This document shows positions 51,145 to 64,000 of a stretch of DNA of 64,000 nt, in pieces. Source of the stretch: Tubulanus polymorphus (Eukaryota; Animalia; Nemertea); the NCBI RefSeq assembly GCF_964204645.1, contig NC_134029.1:6200001-6264000 (forward strand), read 5' to 3'. The notes below the pieces were generated by a model, which saw nothing but the letters and a program-made list of their open reading frames with translations, was not told the DNA's origin and made no database searches. The position numbers were made by a program, and so were the translations under genes. Each line of letters begins with the position of its first letter. Position 1 is the first letter of the stretch.

Positions 51145-52543
51145 AACTGCTCCGATAGTAGGGAAACAAGTTGTAAGTAATTTGAAAATCTCCTGACTAC
51201 TCAATTCTACTTCTACGGCTTTTTGAAATTAATTTGAAGATTTTTTTAAAGAAGAACACTGCATATCAACTCAAACTGTATATCAACGTTAATTCGATTT
51301 ATGTTGGTTTGCAGATTTGACCGGCTCATGGATATCTCTAGATTGGGCAATCGGTATCACAGTAATTGCGTCAATCGAACTGATGATCATTATACTGATG
51401 TATGACAAAATATTACGTGATTCGCATCGTCAGCAAACAGATTTGCGAGGTAAATTGACTTTTACTTCCCGTTTTAAGGTGTGAAGAATACTAAAAAGTT
51501 TTGTTTGCAATAGAATCACTGAAGTAGTACAGAATTGAATTGATTAGGCGTAATGTGAAAAGATTCTAATATTTGTAATTCAGCTAACGTTAATACTACT
51601 AAAGATTTGTATCTAAACCTATCTGCTTATATCAACTGCTTGGAAGATTGTTTAAATGAACCGGAACCGAATTTCCAATTATGTACTTCGATTTAAAAAA
51701 GAAAATTCTGTAAATTAGACCGTCGAGCAAACAACTATATCTGTACTTCCATTTCCGATTTCAAAATCAAACCCCCTGTTTCGCTCCCGGCAGGTGTGGT
51801 GGGTCTGTAAGGGACACTCAATCAAAAAATCTAACGAAATTTACAAACAAAATAAACAACAGGGACAATCCCTATTTTAAGATCTATATCAATCTAGGGT
51901 GAAATCGCATTTCGTAGAATAGAGTAACTATTTGTATTTTGTCATTACAACAGATTCATCGAAAGAAAACCAGATATGCCCCGAGTTCCGTATTTTTCCG
52001 TCCCAATTCTGGTGGAGACGATTCCGTCAACCTCTTCGCTGACCGGAACGCGGAGTCCGGTTTTCCAAGCGACCGACAAGCACCGTCGAGCTCAATCGAT
52101 GCAGCGTCGGATTTTTCGCAACGACGTTGGAATAGTGAGAGACAGCATTTCAGTAACAGACGATCGATGTCCGAAATGAATTTGGCTCAAATGGGATCCA
52201 GAAATAAGCCGACTCGTCTCGCACCGCCACCACCGCTACCTCCGAGTCAAATTAGAGCTCAAGGTTACTGTATGGGACAGGCTGGAACTTCAAATACACT
52301 TCCATGTAATTTCACCAGTGCGGCACTCGAGCCGAGGGAAACTTCCTACATAAATCTGGATGATATGGAGATTGAGAGCTCGATTCCACCGGATCTTCCG
52401 AGTATAAGTGATATAGAGGGCGAATTCAGAGTACATTACGAGAGACCGTCATTGCAGTGTATACTTCCGACGAACCATATATACCTACCCCACCACCACC
52501 GACTTGGAAACCACAACCCCCTCCGACAATATCTGAAATCTAG
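51145..52543 (+). pseudogene. Duplicated, disrupted copy of the membrane-protein gene (last three exons)
   Basis: Lacks the 46724 exon and the acceptor of the 30-nt exon. Has a 5-nt deletion at the start of the last exon and a 7-nt deletion near 52457 relative to copy 1. Confidence 0.8.
51636..51884. mobile_element. 249-bp insertion with target-site duplication, absent from copy 1
   Basis: Empty site atctgct-tatatcaa-tctagggt at ~47454-47476. The filled site has tatatcaa at 51628-51635 and 51885-51892. A related copy lies at ~56610-56825. Confidence 0.85.
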
Positions 52544-52882
52544 AGGATTTGATCAAAGATTGCAAAAAAATATCGCGATTTCATATCTTTAAATTCTATT
52601 TGACAGTTTATTCTACGATCAATCATTTCGTTATGACACATAAGACATGAACACTCAATAGATTATATTCAAGACCGATGTGATTATTATTCTTCGTATC
52701 ATTCCGGATGACGAGTCTTAAATTGTGTTTGTTAGGTCACTTACACGAAATACCGTGATTTATCGAGAGAACATTTTATTTCAAATCCGTGAGAAAATAA
52801 AACACTTTATCAAATTTGCAAAATAATGTACAATTTTTTCTGTATTTTGTTGAACCTAGCATTAGCCAACTAGTATATTCTC

Positions 52883-54133
52883 CTAGACGTGTTTTCCTGG
52901 CTTTCTTATTCCAGTCACTTTACAATGAAAACCGGTGAATGAATTGATTAATTGCCTTCTGAAAACCCTCAACGTTGCCATGTATATGAAGAAGTTGACG
53001 CAGAATACAAACTCTCGAGGAAAAAAAAAGATTCTTTCCAACCCAAGACAATACATTTTGCTCGTGGCGTAATGTCCATTCGAAAAAAGGTTGATGCGAT
53101 GATTGACCCAGATCTGGTAAACTACGAACTCAATGAAATTTTGCAAAAACTTGAATAATGAATTCGGTAAAACAAGTGCTATGTATACAACGACTACAAC
53201 AAGGAGGGTTTTGCTGGCTGCGGACTGATGACGATCTTTCCTATCCGCACAGAGAGCAGCACCAGATCGTTTATTACGTAATACAGCAGTATGTACTGAT
53301 ACTATAATGATAACTACAGATGGGATTATGTCGTGAAGAAATACCTTTAATGCATTTAACGATGCCGTATGATATCCGTACATTCGTAAGTAACGACACT
53401 GTAAACTACTAAACGACTCCTTTTGTATGCGGATCGTGCGCATATAGATTTCTTTAATCTGAACAGCGTTATCCAAATTCATAACAAGCGACCACAAAAT
53501 CACGACGGCCACGACAATTTTGCGTCGATTGACGGTGAAATGTTTCATGTGAAAGAAGGGAAAACGAATCGAAACAAATCTCTCCAAAGCAATCACAAGA
53601 ACTGTGTAGTTTGATACAGATAAGGCCTGTTTATAGAATTGATAATCCAATAAACACATTGGAATCAAACGTCTAGGTAAATATTCAAAATAGTAATAAT
53701 AGTAGTATAATGATGGGCATAATTTTTTGTGTTTAGCTACCGTTAACAAGTTATCCATGCACTCTTTCGGAGCCATCCCGACATCGTGTAGGAAACGTCG
53801 CATGTAGTACGGGAACACTTTGAAACCGAACAGTACATAAATTTGATCGGAACAGGCCAGAGTCATTAGATAGGGGAACGTATAACGAACTGATTGACAT
53901 TTCCGACACTTTATCAGAAGAATGATAGTAAGACCATTGAAGAAACATCCCAGTGGAAACAGGAACAAGATCATCGAGTAGTCATTATAATAGCTAACAT
54001 GCCGAATGAACTGATTAAACGAATAAGCGGGAGCCTTTCGCCCCACGATTATCCGTACGCTATCAATGGTAGTGATCGAGACTGTCGAATTTCGATTTAG
54101 TGCCGTTTCCAAAACGCTGGAGAAGTTGTGCAT
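52883..54133 (-). CDS. Intronless class A (rhodopsin-like) GPCR, ~416 aa, FMRFamide/peptide-receptor-like or expanded chemosensory type
   Basis: Seven hydrophobic segments. G..FNGLTI (TM1), YLMTLACSD (TM2), IALERFVSIRFP (E/DRY-like), HDIIPS (TM5), LVLPN (TM6), FCVNFFIY..FRRQL (TM7/H8). N-glycosylation sequons in the N-terminus. First in-frame ATG is 54133; the ORF track starts at a GTG. Confidence 0.88.
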   Translation of the reverse strand: MHNFSSVLETALNRNSTVSITTIDSVRIIVGRKAPAYSFNQFIRHVSYYNDYSMILFLFPLGCFFNGLTIILLIKCRKCQSVRYTFPYLMTLACSDQIYVLFGFKVFPYYMRRFLHDVGMAPKECMDNLLTVAKHKKLCPSLYYYYYYFEYLPRRLIPMCLLDYQFYKQALSVSNYTVLVIALERFVSIRFPFFHMKHFTVNRRKIVVAVVILWSLVMNLDNAVQIKEIYMRTIRIQKESFSSLQCRYLRMYGYHTASLNALKVFLHDIIPSVVIIIVSVHTAVLRNKRSGAALCADRKDRHQSAASKTLLVVVVVYIALVLPNSLFKFLQNFIEFVVYQIWVNHRINLFSNGHYATSKMYCLGLERIFFFPREFVFCVNFFIYMATLRVFRRQLINSFTGFHCKVTGIRKPGKHV

Positions 54134-54795
54134 ATTCAACTGCACTGCCACTGACGACACCACGAGCGTAAAATAGACGTTACTGCTACCCGAACTTTTT
54201 TAGACATTTCTCTCTTTCTGCATATTGTGAAACCGATCTCTAAAATAATAAAATGTTGAGTAAGCTTCAAGCAATACACTGAGCCTCTAGCGTTTCATTT
54301 CTTTTCGGTTGGAGACAACGAGTGACGTTTGATACATTCTGAATATACAAGTAGTTCATATACGTTGCATGTTATGTGTGAAAATCCTACAGAAGCAAAA
54401 AATAGTGAGCAGCAAATAAATTCCTCAATTCTTTGCCCAGAATATCCATTCTTGTATTTTCTGTTACGGTAGTCTTTTTAGTGGATGATTTTAGATTGGC
54501 AACTCGGTGTACAAGAGTGCTAATCAAGGATTTAAGTAAAGAATCGGAGGCTGTACGTATAAGGTCGCAGTTGTGTTTGGGAAGGCTCTCTGCTTACAGC
54601 GACAGTAATTCAAAATTGTCAATCTGAATAATCGAGAAAGGGTAGACTTCTTACTTCATGAATGATTTTTCACTAACAGGCAAGATGTCATATTTTTGTG
54701 GATGCAGAAAAGGATTTGATAACCCAAATTGACTCTCAGATCCGTAAAAATTCAAAATTATTTATGATATAGATGCCCTTCCAGTACTCTGTAAC

Positions 54796-55089
54796 CAGTC
54801 AAATTAGAGCTCAGGGTTACTGCATGGGACAGGCTGGAGCTTCAAATACACTTCCACGTGGTTTTACCAGTGCAGTACATGAGCCGAGGTAAATATCCTA
54901 TATAAATCTGGATGATATGGAAATTGAGGGCTCAGTTCCATCGGATCTTCCGACTATTAGTGATATAGAGTGCGAATTCAGAGTTCATTACGAAAAACCG
55001 TCATTGCAGTATACTTCCGACGAACCATACCTACCCCACCACAACCAACTTGGAAACCACAACCACCTCCGACAATATCTGAAATCTAG
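54796..55089 (+). pseudogene. Degenerate last-exon copy (duplicate of 50388-50737)
   Basis: Sequence similarity to 50388-50737 and a stop at ccgaggtaa. Confidence 0.8.
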
Positions 55090-55429
55090 GTGATTTCATC
55101 GACGATTGCAAAGAAATATCGTTATTTCTATTTTTCAATCATATTTGACAGTTTCATCTTAACGATCTATAGTATCATTATGATACAAAACACATAGATA
55201 ATCAACAGATTATATTCAAGACCGATGTGATTATTATTTCATCATCCTGCGGCCTGACGGATGGTTATTTATTATAGGCTGTGGCACTGTTATATCTATT
55301 ATGCCACGAACATGAAATATCGTCGTCTATCAGGAAAACATCTATTTTTGAATGTTCCGTGAAAAAATAAAACACTTAACCAAATTTGCAAAAAAATAAA
55401 TCTGCCGAATCGCTTCTTTCTCCGGACAT

Positions 55430-55815
55430 TGTTCACTCTCTTTGTTGTTTGTGTAATTTTAAGACGAAAACCGGTGGATAATTCGATTAATTGACTCCTG
55501 AAAAACCCTCAATGTCGTCATGTATATGAAGAAGTTGACACGGAATAAAATTGTCGAGGAAAATAAAGAATCCTCTCCAACCCTTGGAAATACGATTTGC
55601 TCTTGGAATAACTCGTATTCGTAAAAGGTCGATGCCATGATTGACCCAGCTCTGGTGAACTATGAACTCCGTGAAAGTTTTCCAAAATTTGAATATTGAA
55701 TTCGGTAAAACAAGTGCTATGTATACAACGAGTACAAAACAGAGGGTTTTGCTGGCTGCGGACTGATAGCGATCTTTCCTTCTATCCGCACTGAGAACAA
55801 CACCAGAACCAGCAC
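55430..55815 (-). pseudogene. 3' fragment (ICL3-TM7) of an older GPCR paralog
   Basis: RKDRYQSAASKTLCFVLVVYIALVLPNS, frameshifted downstream and truncated at the 5' end. Confidence 0.85.
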
Positions 55816-56609
55816 CTAAATATAGAAATTCAATAATTGCTCCCATAATCTACCCGGCAAGACAAGGAACGTTGATTCATAATTTTTTAGGCTTCCGAAT
55901 CCATACATTATCACAGGATCCACCAAACCTTAATTCTCCTACGAGGTATATGATTATATTTTTGAATGATGATTGATTTGTTTAAGAGAAAGGTTCATTC
56001 GATTTTGAAATGTAGAAGACATTTTGAACGTTGAAGACCGAGTAACTTTTGGCGAACCAAGTGGATCTTTGCTTGCAATGGTTGGAGGTTCCACATTTGT
56101 CGTGTAGTTTCTGTTCAGTAAAAGAAAATCTTTTCAGCATTTGAAAATTGAGAAGTAACCATCGGTACAATATAAATCAAACATCTTTAGACCTCAGGAT
56201 GAAGCAGGATGAATGAATAGTTTTATTTACAGAATATAGGGTGTATACGTACAGGTTTACAAACAGCGGGACGCTGGAGTGTGCGAGACTTGAGCAAAAC
56301 ATGAATAACAGTGAGCGAATAATTAATGGGTTGATAATAGGTGACAGACATGTTAACACGATGGCAGGGTCACCCATGAATGTTAATCCAAATCATCGAA
56401 AAACAGTGTTTTCATAGTCGATAGTTTTTAATGCGAAAGAAAAAATAAACGGGTACCCATTCGGATTTTGGATGATTTCTTGTATCAATACACATGCTTT
56501 TTAGCTCTCCGATTATCTATCCTTCCATTTTTAATTTCGTGTTACACTTCGTACGTATCATATCTATTTCGCTTTATTGTAGCTCCGTCAATCAGTTGCT
56601 TGCCATTTC

Positions 56610-56825
56610 AGCTGGTTGGATGACTGTTAAAATGTACCGGAACCGAATTCCCAATTACGTACTTTCGATTTAAACTCTAAAAAATTCTTTCGACCACCGA
56701 TGACACGAATGTACTTCGATTTCCGATTTCAAATCAAACCCCCAGGTAAGGGACATCATATCAAGACGAATCAAACGAAATCTACCAATCAAAATAAATA
56801 AGTGTCAATCCCTATCTGTAGATCT
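56610..56825. mobile_element. Diverged copy of the 51636-51884 element, just upstream of ZFR
   Basis: Shared blocks accggaaccgaatt, gtacttc..tttccgatttcaaa, aaacccc, gtaagggaca and caatccctat..agatct. Confidence 0.75.
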
Positions 56826-56953
56826 CAAACAATATAGCGTATTTGAATTGTAAGAATCGAATCGATCTGCGTCTTACGTGAACTAGTATCAACCAGCGTA
56901 TGCTAATGAGCTATGACGCGCACCTGCTAGCTTTGTGTCTGGATTTGGAGAAC

Positions 56954-63999
<7,046 letters not shown>

Positions 64000-64000
64000 T

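Larger units (their letters stand above)
46970..55455. repeat. Direct tandem duplication, unit ~4.2-4.4 kb (copy 1 ~46970-51144; copy 2 ~51145-55455)
   Basis: Near-identical colinear sequence: aactgctccgatagtaggg at 46978 and 51145; GPCR stop codons at 48465 and 52883; identical 64-aa translations at 50012 and 54433. Confidence 0.95.

Noticed and set aside
51770-51820. HDV-like or hammerhead ribozyme in the GC-rich part of the 249-bp insertion
   Set aside because: I could not build the required pairings or find the conserved cores, and most of this segment is missing from the second copy.

Overview
Eukaryotic (animal) genomic DNA: AT-rich, with short GT-AG introns. The gene content suggests an invertebrate, probably a lophotrochozoan (inference). 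Genes reconstructed by hand from ORFs and splice sites, in order: (1) a C2CD4-like C2-domain gene that runs off the left edge; (2) a secreted mosaic astacin metalloprotease (astacin-EGF-ApeC-CUB-kringle-Sushi-CTL-ShK-Sushi-unnamed domain-Sushi); (3) a three-Ig-domain protein, probably GPI-anchored; (4) a Kelch-repeat protein starting MGCxxS; (5) a ~1284-aa largely disordered protein; (6) an intronless 824-aa membrane glycosyltransferase whose motifs match bacterial beta-1,2-glucan synthases (OpgH/MdoH and Cgs/NdvB) rather than animal chitin or hyaluronan synthases; (7) an intronless 293-aa orphan; (8) a tandemly duplicated cassette of a single-pass membrane protein and a class A GPCR, with reciprocal pseudogenisation; (9) the 5' part of ZFR/Zn72D, whose first intron holds nested foldback elements. 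The strongest candidate for new biology is the bacterial-type glucan synthase. Other notable features are a 282-bp perfect palindrome carrying mirror-image poly(A) signals between two convergent genes, and ~30-bp hairpins flanked by 7-bp direct repeats. No database searches were run; family calls rest on motifs recognised by eye.
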